Virus record (IMG/VR): IMGVR_UViG_3300028048_000038
Coordinates: 288,001-352,000 of that record
Strand: one strand, 5' to 3'
Length of the DNA: 64,000 bases
Origin: a virus
Taxonomy: Duplodnaviria > Caudoviricetes
In this document: piece by piece, positions 38,238 to 48,407 of the stretch
How the letters are laid out: every line of letters starts with the position of its first letter
Position numbering within the stretch: the first letter of the stretch is position 1
Notes under the pieces: generated by a model
What the model was told of the DNA's origin: nothing
What the model saw: the letters and a program-made list of their open reading frames with translations, nothing else
The model's database searches: none
Made by a program: the position numbers and the translations under genes

Positions 38238-41200
38238 TTAAGCTTTTTGTTTATTATGGAATCTATAAATAGCATAAGGCAAGCTTGAATCGTATGGACT
38301 CATGTGTTTTTGTTTAAAGTCTGAAATCCAACCTTGTGATGAGAACATACAAGCATGATATTTTCCACCCTCTGTAAGTGCATCCTTACCAATAATAGCA
38401 ACATCGCCAGATTGTAATGGTATCTTTGCGTCTCCATAAGGTTTAACTATACCGCTATCAATCATTACGAATCCATTTTCTTTAAGAATTCCTCTATATC
38501 TTAAATTAGTTGCATATTTTCCATCGCCACAATTCATTCTCGGACCTCCACCTGCTTTTATTGCATATTCAACATAAGCTGCACAATTTCCGCATTGTCC
38601 TTTTATGTATTTTGGTTTCGCTCTTCTAATAAGTGTATCACATGCTACGCCAACATTCCATCCATCAATAAAGCCAGCATCTCCCTTACTTATTTCGCTG
38701 CCCATCGCAATGATATCATTGCCAACACTTGCACAATCACTTATATCTATTTCAGAAAGATTTTCTGGGTCTTTCAATTCTGGGACTAAACGTCTTAAGT
38801 TCTTTTCTCCATATGAGTCATAATATTTCTTCAATGACTTTTTACAATCTTCACTTAAATCGCTCACAGTTGCATTAATTTTTGAAGCATTACCACTACT
38901 GTCTCTTGAGCCAGTATCATAGAAGAAAACATATTGGTTATTGGTTGGAACATCCTTTGGTAAAAGCTTAACATCAATTCTGATAAGATTAGTTAGCATA
39001 TTATCATAAACCCAATAAAGTTTATTTACATATCTAAAGTACTCATGAGTATTTAATATACAATCAAATAACTTTGCCAATTTTGCATTATTTTGAGAAT
39101 TAGCAGCACTAACCATCATAACCTTATTGCTATCGTTCTTATTTGGATAATAACTGTTCTTCAATTCGAACCTCATTGACTCTGTATTCTGTACTGTCTT
39201 GTTAATTGCGCTAAAGAATAACTCATAGATATCCTCATTCATCTTCGATAATTCCTTATCACTATCATTTTGTTGTGAACCGCCAGTAAATACATTATAA
39301 ATATCCATTGCAAACTTCTCTCTTTGAGCTTGATGAGCTTCTGCTGTTCCAGGTCTTTCATAACCCCATAGCCAAATTCCAACAGCCTCTCCAACAGTAG
39401 TAGCAGCAGTTAACTTATTATATACATTCTTAAAATCATTATGATTATTATTCTTAACAGATTCTATTGCAAATCTTATTTGGGCTTCAAAACTTTTATT
39501 TTTAATAAGTTCATAAACATCAGATTTTTTACTTAAACCAGTTTCATTGCCACCTGACCAATGTCCATATTCTGAAGTTCTGTTATTATACATGTCAGCG
39601 AATAAGTGAAATGCTGGCATCCATTGACATAGACCAGCTGCAAAACTAGACTTATTAACTGCAAACTCATTAAATCCACTTTCTTGCATTATATTACCAC
39701 AGATACCAGCAGCAGCTATAGCAGAAAGATTATAACGGTCTTCAGTTAATATAGTCATTGCAGATTGTGCCCTTGGACTAGCTGATGCACCATTTGTATT
39801 TGTGCTGAATATTGGGAACACTGCATATGGGCAATCATTGTCGTTATTTGCCATTGCATTATTGAATGTAACTGCATCATTTGGTATATATTCTGTATCA
39901 TCACCTTCTGGACTAATGAATACATCCTTAACCAATCTATTGCCAACATTAGGCATACGACTACCTATGAATTTGGTGGTCATATTTCCAGGTGTTATAT
40001 TATGACTAACCTTATAAATCTGATAAGAACCTCTAAACATTGGCACATTAAGAAGTACGAAATACATCATTGGTTGTACCCATGCGCATCCCATCATTTC
40101 AACTGTACAAGTGAATGATTGACCAGCATAGATATCGAACATATCTTGACCTTGTGTTGCATTCTTGTTTTTATCACTTTTCTCATTCAAGATTGAGAAC
40201 TTAGCCATGATACTCTGTTCAGTCTGAATTGCTCCCCTTGTATTCACAGACACTTTCTTGAAGAAGCTTTGATACTGTTTTCCATATGTTACACCAAATG
40301 CAGGTATTGTATAGAAATCACCTTTTGCACCTCTTGTCCTAATTGACATAGGGGTCTTTGACTCATTATTAAGCATGAAACTGTCATCCTCATATTCAGC
40401 ACCTTGTATATCCAAGTGTTTCGATGGCTCATATGTGTAGCATACAACGAAGTCTTGCCCATTCCTTATATTCTTAGGGTCAAACGCATTTGAATATGGT
40501 AATGGTTTGAACATATTCTCCATTGATTCTCTCTTTGACAAGTCAATGAAGTTCTGTATGCATTTAAACATACATCTGTTATCAGTATAAACGTAGCTTA
40601 AGAATGAAAGTACGTTTGACTTGATATCACTATAGCTTGTTAAGGTATCTATTCTCTCAAACAGTTTTTGTGGGTTCAATAATAACTTATCGCCAATTTT
40701 GTTGTAATAAGAATCGATGAAATAGAACTGATAGTCAGCCCCACTCTTGTCAAAGAAGTTCTGATAGTTCCAATCCTTTTCAGTTGAAGAAGGAATCCAT
40801 TTGTCATATATCTGCTTTAGATATCTGTATAATTCCATCCTCATCTCGTCTGAGGTGTTATTGGCATCCTTAGACCTTCTTACCATGTTACCGTTCTCAT
40901 CAGCCTTATAATCAACTCCCAACAACTGATTCAATTCATCAATGAAACCATCCAAATAGTCTTGATAAACAGTGTCATTTTCAACCTTATATAATTTTGC
41001 TTCGAGACAATATCTATTATCATCAACAAAATGGTTAACATTACCATTTACAAGCAGTATGGGTAACATCATCTTATTTGTTAAATTTTTAATGTCTTCA
41101 CTATTTTGATTAAGTAATACCCTACCTTTTTCAACATCAGCTACTGCAACATTTCTCTTTGAATTTTCACCACTTAATTTATTTTTTATGTCATTGAATT

Positions 41201-44200
41201 CCTTTGAAACCCAATCTTGATAATATTGCATTAAAATCATCCTAGAGTATATACTAATCTGATTTAAATAGGTACTTGCAAAGTCTCTTAATTCTTTTTG
41301 CATTTTAAGGTCATCCCCAATTGTCAACGGAGCGTTTATACCACTAGATTTACCAACAGAATCTTGAAGTATTGCTCCAAGTTGGAGAACAAGGAATCTA
41401 GGAAGATAAATAAACGTTTTATCCCCCTTTGTTTTTCTTTTTAATAAATAAGATAGAGTATTATAATTGGCACAATCAATACCCATCAAGAACTCATAAG
41501 GTGAAAAATCATTGTTTAGAACCGATGACTTATGGTTTATCTTACCATCATTACCATAATTGAAAACCTCACTTAAGAAGCAACTATTGATATATTTTCC
41601 ATTGATTTCAGTCTTGAAATAGTCCTCAAGGTCTTGTTTTGAACTAGTGTATTTTTTCTTGTTTCCATCTTTGTCTTTCAATATATTCCTATCTTTTCCG
41701 AAGACATAGAATGCATCTGTATTGAAAATCTTTGTACTTATTTTTTCACTTATGTTAAAGTCTTTGTCCTTTTTGCAGAATGACGAAACGCCTTCATCCT
41801 TGAATAAATTCTTATAATACCCCTCCAATGCATTATCTAGACTGCAAGAGTTTGAAATATTCTCTGAAATACCACTATAAGAGTTAAATGTTTCGGATAT
41901 TGCCACATCCATCATATTCTTGACCTTTGTATAATCATCAACAATTATCAAGTTATAATGTCCATTATAATCATCAGTAAGTGACTTGAAATCAAGGGAA
42001 TCTATTTGTTTTGTCTTCATGGCTAGAATGACATCACTATTTGAGAAATTCTCATTAGGACCATTAAACAAGTTATAGTTTTCCCTCATTGTATCAAATG
42101 ATATGTTCTGCACTTGATACATATAAGATTCACCGTTATAACCAGCTTGATTTGTAAACTTATATCTTCTCAACCATTTATCATCTGAAAATAGAGCCTT
42201 TGCTTCTTTACTTCCACTATCGAATGACCAAGGATATTTACCTTCTTTAGATTTCATTACACTTGTTATATAGTTGGAGTCAAATACACCATTATCAAGT
42301 TTAATCCATTCTCTAATGTCACTATTAGAAGTGGTATCAACACTCTTATAGAAGTTATGTGCTTCTACTCTACCCAAATTTTTAGCATATTTATGCCAAT
42401 CTTTGTTAAACTCATTTGCAAAGAAGTTAATGGATAGAATATCAAACATTCTAACAGCCACAGCACCTGCGAATTTATCCATAGTTTCTATGACATCATC
42501 GCCATATACATTTGACTTTAGGAAAAAGTCATAAGATGTCAACGGATACCTCACGACACCATGTTCAATACCCTTCTCAGCATCCATTCTATCTTTCTTC
42601 TTTTGCTCTATTTTTTCAGCCATTTGATGTCTCAACTGCATGAATTTCTCAGCAGCATTGAAGAACGTCTCAACAAGGTCAACCTCCTTAAATTGGTCTT
42701 TATCAAATTCGCCAATCCATACGTCTTGTTGCTTCTGCGTACCATCATCCTCTGTTATTGACTTTGTAACCCTAGGGAATGGCGGTATTAAAGTATCTTG
42801 AGAATCATCTTTTACGTCAGATAGGTTTCCTTCCTTACCAGTAGTCAATCCAAGACCATTAGCCGTTCTAGTTGCATCAGCCTTGATTTCATCTGTAACG
42901 GTGTAAATCATATGCATCAATGTCTCAACATGAGCCATTATAATCTTGGTGAAATTTTCAATGGTTGGTTTAAAACCCAATTGTCTTACAAGCTCTATGT
43001 TTCTATTGTGTATATCCTTGTTTCTCTTCTTCTCATTATAAGATTTGTTGGCATCGGCAGTTAGCTTGTTTATCCTAATCTGAATGCTTGTATAATCTAC
43101 ATCTATATGGAAACAATTTGTCTTCTGTACACTTCCATCATTGTATACAGTCTTCAATGTCTTTTGATGTCTTGCTGAACTTCCAAGGTTTTGTTCTCCA
43201 TCAATTCCAATACGGTTCATTACCATTTCATCGGCAATGTCCTTTGAAATTGGTGTGCTTTCATCATAACCATTGAATATGAACCTATTCTTGTCATTTA
43301 TGGTTACAGCATTAAATAAAGGCACATTAAGGTACTTGGAGAAATCTTGCGATAATTTCTCCAATGGATTTATATTAGCAAAAGTACTATTATATTCCTC
43401 AATCAACGCATATAAATCATTGTTTATTTTCTGCATTTCATTTGAGAACTGTTTTGCATCGTCAGATAGATTTTCAGATGTGTTATTACCATCTATCAAT
43501 ACAATAATTCTATCATATTCACCACTATTCAAAACCCTTATGAAGCAGTTGTCCTTACCATACTTCTTAACCACTTCCTTCCATAGTTGCTCATACCATG
43601 CCGTATAAGTGTTTTTAATGGCTTCTAGCTGTCTTCTTTCTTCGTCATGGGTGTCATCCTCACGAGTCATCGTTGTGCCGTTAGAACCGTCCCCTCCGTT
43701 TGTTATGATATCACTAATGCTACTCCATATCTCAAGCAATCTTGGCATCTCTTTTTCTTGTCCATATGCATCAGTAACCACAAAGTGATGATTCTGTTTC
43801 TGTTCCTCCCAATACTGTTCTCCTAGATAATCAGTATATGGCGCAAGCAAAAGCATTTCAGTGGTTATATCAGATAGGAATGAATACTTATAACCAATAA
43901 ACCTTACAGTCACATCGAAATTACCGTTTTCAGCATTGAAATCTGTCTCGAACTTATCACATGTAACCTCATAAGACACTGGTTTTCCGTAAAATCCTTT
44001 AACCGTTATATTGAACTTTGGATAAGGGAATTTGAAGAAACATTGGAAGAAACACTGTGCGACATCACTTGCATCAACAACCCCATTTGCAGTCAATTTA
44101 TCTAGACCACTAAACTCTCTTGGTGTAAATAAAGACATACCCCTAACGTCAGTGAACTGAACTGTAATGACTGGCAATACTGCGTTCTCGAAGTCGATGT

Positions 44201-44591
44201 TAACTGACTTTATACCAATCATTTCAGTAGTACCGTAATGTTTTATATCAGTAACATACATATCAGCATAGTTGGTTGTCAAATATGGTATGTTAAGGTT
44301 ATCTTTGATACTGTCATTTTTGGTTGAAGAAACTAGTGTACCACTCATGAAATTCACCTTTGTATTCTCCTTTGTGTTCTCCCAAGAAAGTGTTAGAAGC
44401 TGATTACCATCAGCCAATGATTGCCCTCTATTGCAAAGAACAGTTGAAATAGAAAGACCAATACAATAGTCTTCAGGGTCTATGACCTTATCATAAACCC
44501 TTCCATCTGTTGTCAAATATTCGCTATAATTGCTGATATTTTCTAAATCACTATTTGGTTCTACATATTGTACACTTGAATGTGCAGCCAT
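38238..44591 (-). CDS. giant baseplate hub protein with phage-tail-lysozyme and C-terminal Cys/His amidase domains
   Basis: GIKSVNID..TVQFTDVRG; CTVEMMG..QPMMYF..GSYQIYKVSHNI (gp27/late-control-D-like); AAAGICGNIMQESGFN..GLCQW..YERPG (lysozyme); CAAYV..GDVAI..HACMF..WISDF (NlpC/P60-CHAP clan). Confidence 0.78.
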   Translation of the reverse strand: MAAHSSVQYVEPNSDLENISNYSEYLTTDGRVYDKVIDPEDYCIGLSISTVLCNRGQSLADGNQLLTLSWENTKENTKVNFMSGTLVSSTKNDSIKDNLNIPYLTTNYADMYVTDIKHYGTTEMIGIKSVNIDFENAVLPVITVQFTDVRGMSLFTPREFSGLDKLTANGVVDASDVAQCFFQCFFKFPYPKFNITVKGFYGKPVSYEVTCDKFETDFNAENGNFDVTVRFIGYKYSFLSDITTEMLLLAPYTDYLGEQYWEEQKQNHHFVVTDAYGQEKEMPRLLEIWSSISDIITNGGDGSNGTTMTREDDTHDEERRQLEAIKNTYTAWYEQLWKEVVKKYGKDNCFIRVLNSGEYDRIIVLIDGNNTSENLSDDAKQFSNEMQKINNDLYALIEEYNSTFANINPLEKLSQDFSKYLNVPLFNAVTINDKNRFIFNGYDESTPISKDIADEMVMNRIGIDGEQNLGSSARHQKTLKTVYNDGSVQKTNCFHIDVDYTSIQIRINKLTADANKSYNEKKRNKDIHNRNIELVRQLGFKPTIENFTKIIMAHVETLMHMIYTVTDEIKADATRTANGLGLTTGKEGNLSDVKDDSQDTLIPPFPRVTKSITEDDGTQKQQDVWIGEFDKDQFKEVDLVETFFNAAEKFMQLRHQMAEKIEQKKKDRMDAEKGIEHGVVRYPLTSYDFFLKSNVYGDDVIETMDKFAGAVAVRMFDILSINFFANEFNKDWHKYAKNLGRVEAHNFYKSVDTTSNSDIREWIKLDNGVFDSNYITSVMKSKEGKYPWSFDSGSKEAKALFSDDKWLRRYKFTNQAGYNGESYMYQVQNISFDTMRENYNLFNGPNENFSNSDVILAMKTKQIDSLDFKSLTDDYNGHYNLIIVDDYTKVKNMMDVAISETFNSYSGISENISNSCSLDNALEGYYKNLFKDEGVSSFCKKDKDFNISEKISTKIFNTDAFYVFGKDRNILKDKDGNKKKYTSSKQDLEDYFKTEINGKYINSCFLSEVFNYGNDGKINHKSSVLNNDFSPYEFLMGIDCANYNTLSYLLKRKTKGDKTFIYLPRFLVLQLGAILQDSVGKSSGINAPLTIGDDLKMQKELRDFASTYLNQISIYSRMILMQYYQDWVSKEFNDIKNKLSGENSKRNVAVADVEKGRVLLNQNSEDIKNLTNKMMLPILLVNGNVNHFVDDNRYCLEAKLYKVENDTVYQDYLDGFIDELNQLLGVDYKADENGNMVRRSKDANNTSDEMRMELYRYLKQIYDKWIPSSTEKDWNYQNFFDKSGADYQFYFIDSYYNKIGDKLLLNPQKLFERIDTLTSYSDIKSNVLSFLSYVYTDNRCMFKCIQNFIDLSKRESMENMFKPLPYSNAFDPKNIRNGQDFVVCYTYEPSKHLDIQGAEYEDDSFMLNNESKTPMSIRTRGAKGDFYTIPAFGVTYGKQYQSFFKKVSVNTRGAIQTEQSIMAKFSILNEKSDKNKNATQGQDMFDIYAGQSFTCTVEMMGCAWVQPMMYFVLLNVPMFRGSYQIYKVSHNITPGNMTTKFIGSRMPNVGNRLVKDVFISPEGDDTEYIPNDAVTFNNAMANNDNDCPYAVFPIFSTNTNGASASPRAQSAMTILTEDRYNLSAIAAAGICGNIMQESGFNEFAVNKSSFAAGLCQWMPAFHLFADMYNNRTSEYGHWSGGNETGLSKKSDVYELIKNKSFEAQIRFAIESVKNNNHNDFKNVYNKLTAATTVGEAVGIWLWGYERPGTAEAHQAQREKFAMDIYNVFTGGSQQNDSDKELSKMNEDIYELFFSAINKTVQNTESMRFELKNSYYPNKNDSNKVMMVSAANSQNNAKLAKLFDCILNTHEYFRYVNKLYWVYDNMLTNLIRIDVKLLPKDVPTNNQYVFFYDTGSRDSSGNASKINATVSDLSEDCKKSLKKYYDSYGEKNLRRLVPELKDPENLSEIDISDCASVGNDIIAMGSEISKGDAGFIDGWNVGVACDTLIRRAKPKYIKGQCGNCAAYVEYAIKAGGGPRMNCGDGKYATNLRYRGILKENGFVMIDSGIVKPYGDAKIPLQSGDVAIIGKDALTEGGKYHACMFSSQGWISDFKQKHMSPYDSSLPYAIYRFHNKQKA

Positions 44592-44601
44592 CTATTCTTG
44601 T

Positions 44602-44919
44602 TTAATTTAAACCGTATAATTTTATATAATTGTTTATGCTATCTTCATAACCTTGTATTGCAATATCCAATGGATAAGGAATACGTATTTTTGAATTGTT
44701 TTCTATTCTATATTCCAAAGAGCCTAAACTTGGATTGGCTTGTAATATAAGCCAACCGAAATTAGGGTCATTGTAGTACTGATAAGATAATAAATCCAAT
44801 CTAGTCTTACCAACCTCATAGTATGTATAACAGTCAGTACCTCTTACTGGAATCCCAATAAAAGGTACATTCTTATAACTACCATTTGAAACAAATGATT
44901 TATATCTGCTGTAATTCAT
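44602..44919 (-). CDS. baseplate wedge LysM-like protein (gp53/gpX-like)
   Basis: TRLDLLSYQYYNDPNFGWLILQANP..IRIP. Confidence 0.8.
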   Translation of the reverse strand: MNYSRYKSFVSNGSYKNVPFIGIPVRGTDCYTYYEVGKTRLDLLSYQYYNDPNFGWLILQANPSLGSLEYRIENNSKIRIPYPLDIAIQGYEDSINNYIKLYGLN

Positions 44920-44924
44920 AAAAA

Positions 44925-47900
44925 TTATTTAGTATTACCATTTTTAGTTATCTTTTGTCCATTGTCTCCATACACCTCAGATACATCTACTGTGCCTTTC
45001 TTAGTTAAATTAGGATATACATATCCCTTAAATTTAACTGGTCTTCCACTACCATTAGGGTCATATTCAACCATTTCAGCACGATTATCATATACTCCAG
45101 CATTCGCATAATAATTAAATGAAACTGCATTTTGAAGACGTGCAATAGGTCCAGCAAGGTCACTACCACCAAGGAATGTGAATGTTATTGACACCTTTGC
45201 GAACATCGGCATTACACCAATACCCTCTGGGTTCAAATCCCATTGTGTATTATCATACTGAATATTCAAACTGTTAATGATAATCTTTGTATTATAGAAA
45301 TCACCAACTCTCAACACACAAACTGGAGGTCTACCAAATGCCAAGTTATAGGCTGTAATCTGATTTGGATTACCATTCTCAATGGTTGAGCCTTGTCTTG
45401 TACATTGCTGCAAGAATGTCAGCCTAGAGTTGAAACCCTCTGGCGATATCGAATGGAATGCTGGGTCAAAGTATCTAATCTTTTCACTAATCAAGTGATG
45501 CAAGAATGGAGCTTCTTTATCAAGTAACTCAAAGAATTCACCCTCATTATCATATCTTTGTACAACACTAGTTTCAGCAGTATCTGATGGTTGTGGCTCT
45601 TTATAAATGAACTTCCCACTCTTAGGGTCAAACCTATAATTCATCATATCATTCTTTGGGTCTGAAAGTACACTATATGGACTTACTTTAAGACCACTAA
45701 CAGAAAGATTGTTTAACTTATTGGAAGTTATACCATTTGGAATCTCCACCTTATCAATATTCTGCTTTGCGAGAGTTTCAACCGCCTTTGATACTGATAA
45801 CTCATTATATTCAATGATTACAGAAGCACTTCTCCATAACTTAGTGTTAAGTTCACTGTTTCCTCCAACATTTGTTACTGGTTTTTCTCTTTGATTCTTA
45901 ATAATAGGTTCTTCTGATTGAACACCCTTAAATTGGTCAAATGATTCAAGCCATTTTTTAAGTGTGTTTGCTCTATTCTTAGCTAGGTCATTATTTGATG
46001 ATTTATAACCTTGATATGATGCATGACCAAAATATTTAAGGTTAGTTATTTCATATCTATTTTTATCAGTTAAAATCTTTTTAAGTTCCTTTGATTTATC
46101 AGTGTTTGGCACTACTTTATTTGAAGTTTCCAATGCTGCGAACAAGTCGCTGAAACTATATAATGATTCTTTCTCTAATTGGAATTCTGTAACGGCTGTT
46201 GCAGAAGCATATCCAGTTGAATTAAGTTTAAAAGACTGTGTATCCAAGTAGCTGTCGCTATTTGAAAAGTCTTGATTTTCATATGCTTTATCAACTCTGT
46301 AGTAGTAACGCTTACGATACCAAAGATGGTCTTCACCAGTTAAGTTATTACCATATGCACTACCAAGACCCATTGCTTGAGAACCTATAATCTTAGCTAA
46401 TTTATAATTCTTGGTCGTAGAACTGCTAATCTCTCTTTCTTCATCATTTAAAACAGTAGTAGGATATGTGTATGTAACTGTAATTGTATTACCATTTTCG
46501 TCAGTTAAATATTGCGCTTTTCTTTCTTTAGATGTTTTATCAGCATATGACATAACTATTGTGCTATGCTTCGAAGCATCAGGAACATTCCAAGCTATTT
46601 GTTCATCTACTATTGAAATACCCTTAGAACCATTCATTTCATATCCTGTATTTGTTGATGCTGATAAAAAATTAATTGTTGTTGGAATATCAATTGCATT
46701 TTTAGTACCTTTACCTTCATCATCAATATCAACATATTTTTGTGTACCGACACCAGCCATCAAATACCACACTGGATTAACAGTACCACCATCATCCTTA
46801 CCACTATAGTTGTTAGGATAGAATAATAATACTTGTATCTTCTTAGGAGTTCTAGTTGGTGTTTCATCTGGAGCAAGAATCTCTAGTTTAGGTGTTGGGT
46901 CTTTCTTTTCTTCAACCTTTGGCTCTTCCTTTGCCTTATAGAAAGTCTGAGGAGTTGCTGTAAGGATATCACAACCAGCGAAGAAACGAAGTAATGTATT
47001 CTCTTGATTATACTTGTTGTCAACACCGCCACTATTTCCTTCGGCTAGTTCCCTACCATTATTCTTCATTCCATTGCGCTTGTGACCAGTCCAATAATCA
47101 ATTACTGAAGGATGGTCAATTATAAGAGTGAATGATAGATTACCTCTTCTCTCTGTATTTGTGTATGTATATAACCCCTCACCTCTACCGATGAATTGGT
47201 TATTATTCCAATTAACAGATACATCCTCATTAAATGTTAAATCATATGGTGGAAACCACATAATTCGACCTCCAAGTGGTCCTCTCTGCTCTGCTGAAAG
47301 ACCTTGTTGTTCATATTCCTTAACCTTTGCCTTATCATCTCTCCAAGCAAGGTTTTCGATTGAGAACATGCATCTCTTTATAGAAATTGAATCCTCACTA
47401 TCTTGTTTACTATCAAAATAATCCTTAATCTTTGCTGTTGGTGCAATATTAACGAACCCATTCTTATAATTAAGAACTCCATATTTATCCAAACGTCTGC
47501 TTCCACCATCGAAATCTTCATCACCAATTGTTCTGAAGCCAACGCTTGAACCAAGACTTGTCTCATTCTTCTCAAGATTTTCAGCACTATCAACATAACT
47601 GAAAGGTCTTATTAACCTTTGAATTTGATTATATTGATGATGATAAGTCCACACTCTACAATATGGGTTATCATACCCATTCTCTGTTGTAGGTGTAATC
47701 TTTAACAAGTTCCTACCATGAGACATTCCATATGTCTTTGATATAGCCGTTTGTGTTGAATTTGTACTACTCTTAGAATCGTCCGAATTGGTATGAAATC
47801 TAGCTACAAGCGTCTTGTATTTTCCGTGATTGAAGTTATCATTTGTCTTCTTAATCAAATCACAAGTAGATAATTCTGGACCGTAGCTGTATATTGAATT

Positions 47901-48368
47901 TGTATATGTTCCAGGATTACCACTATCCAAATCGCCTCTATATCCAATCTTCTTATTGTTTGTGACACCATCGTTTGACTCTGAATAGTGTATTGATGTG
48001 CCACCACCGTCACTTGATATTGATGTGGATTCGAATTTCATGTTAGGAAACCATCTATCCAATAACATAAGAGGGTCATGATATGGGTCTGCAAATCTAA
48101 CACTTGGTACTTCTTTATAGAATGTAAACTTAGGACAACCTTCGTTTATTGTACTAGGCACACTTACACCTTGTTGGAAATTCCTTCTCACATGGTCAAA
48201 TATGAATGGATAGTCTTTTCCCAACAAACTAATAGGCTCACGTCCAAGTGCTTGCACAATAAACATGATGTCATCATAAGAAGCAGTCATTCCAATCGTT
48301 CTAGATATGAAATCACTGTTTGTCAATAAATCTGTAGCTGCATTCTTTATAGAATCACCTATACTCAT
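44925..48368 (-). CDS. baseplate/tail-tube-initiator protein with inserted OmpA-C-like domain
   Basis: WFPPYDLTFNEDVSVNW..IGRGE.LYTYTNTER.GNLSF; GHAS..NNDLAKNRA..WRSASV (OmpA-like); PPVCVLRVGDFY..WDL..PMFAKVSITF. Confidence 0.7.
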   Translation of the reverse strand: MSIGDSIKNAATDLLTNSDFISRTIGMTASYDDIMFIVQALGREPISLLGKDYPFIFDHVRRNFQQGVSVPSTINEGCPKFTFYKEVPSVRFADPYHDPLMLLDRWFPNMKFESTSISSDGGGTSIHYSESNDGVTNNKKIGYRGDLDSGNPGTYTNSIYSYGPELSTCDLIKKTNDNFNHGKYKTLVARFHTNSDDSKSSTNSTQTAISKTYGMSHGRNLLKITPTTENGYDNPYCRVWTYHHQYNQIQRLIRPFSYVDSAENLEKNETSLGSSVGFRTIGDEDFDGGSRRLDKYGVLNYKNGFVNIAPTAKIKDYFDSKQDSEDSISIKRCMFSIENLAWRDDKAKVKEYEQQGLSAEQRGPLGGRIMWFPPYDLTFNEDVSVNWNNNQFIGRGEGLYTYTNTERRGNLSFTLIIDHPSVIDYWTGHKRNGMKNNGRELAEGNSGGVDNKYNQENTLLRFFAGCDILTATPQTFYKAKEEPKVEEKKDPTPKLEILAPDETPTRTPKKIQVLLFYPNNYSGKDDGGTVNPVWYLMAGVGTQKYVDIDDEGKGTKNAIDIPTTINFLSASTNTGYEMNGSKGISIVDEQIAWNVPDASKHSTIVMSYADKTSKERKAQYLTDENGNTITVTYTYPTTVLNDEEREISSSTTKNYKLAKIIGSQAMGLGSAYGNNLTGEDHLWYRKRYYYRVDKAYENQDFSNSDSYLDTQSFKLNSTGYASATAVTEFQLEKESLYSFSDLFAALETSNKVVPNTDKSKELKKILTDKNRYEITNLKYFGHASYQGYKSSNNDLAKNRANTLKKWLESFDQFKGVQSEEPIIKNQREKPVTNVGGNSELNTKLWRSASVIIEYNELSVSKAVETLAKQNIDKVEIPNGITSNKLNNLSVSGLKVSPYSVLSDPKNDMMNYRFDPKSGKFIYKEPQPSDTAETSVVQRYDNEGEFFELLDKEAPFLHHLISEKIRYFDPAFHSISPEGFNSRLTFLQQCTRQGSTIENGNPNQITAYNLAFGRPPVCVLRVGDFYNTKIIINSLNIQYDNTQWDLNPEGIGVMPMFAKVSITFTFLGGSDLAGPIARLQNAVSFNYYANAGVYDNRAEMVEYDPNGSGRPVKFKGYVYPNLTKKGTVDVSEVYGDNGQKITKNGNTK

Positions 48369-48407
48369 ATTATAAAAAATAATCTATATATTGTTTTATT
48401 TAAACGC

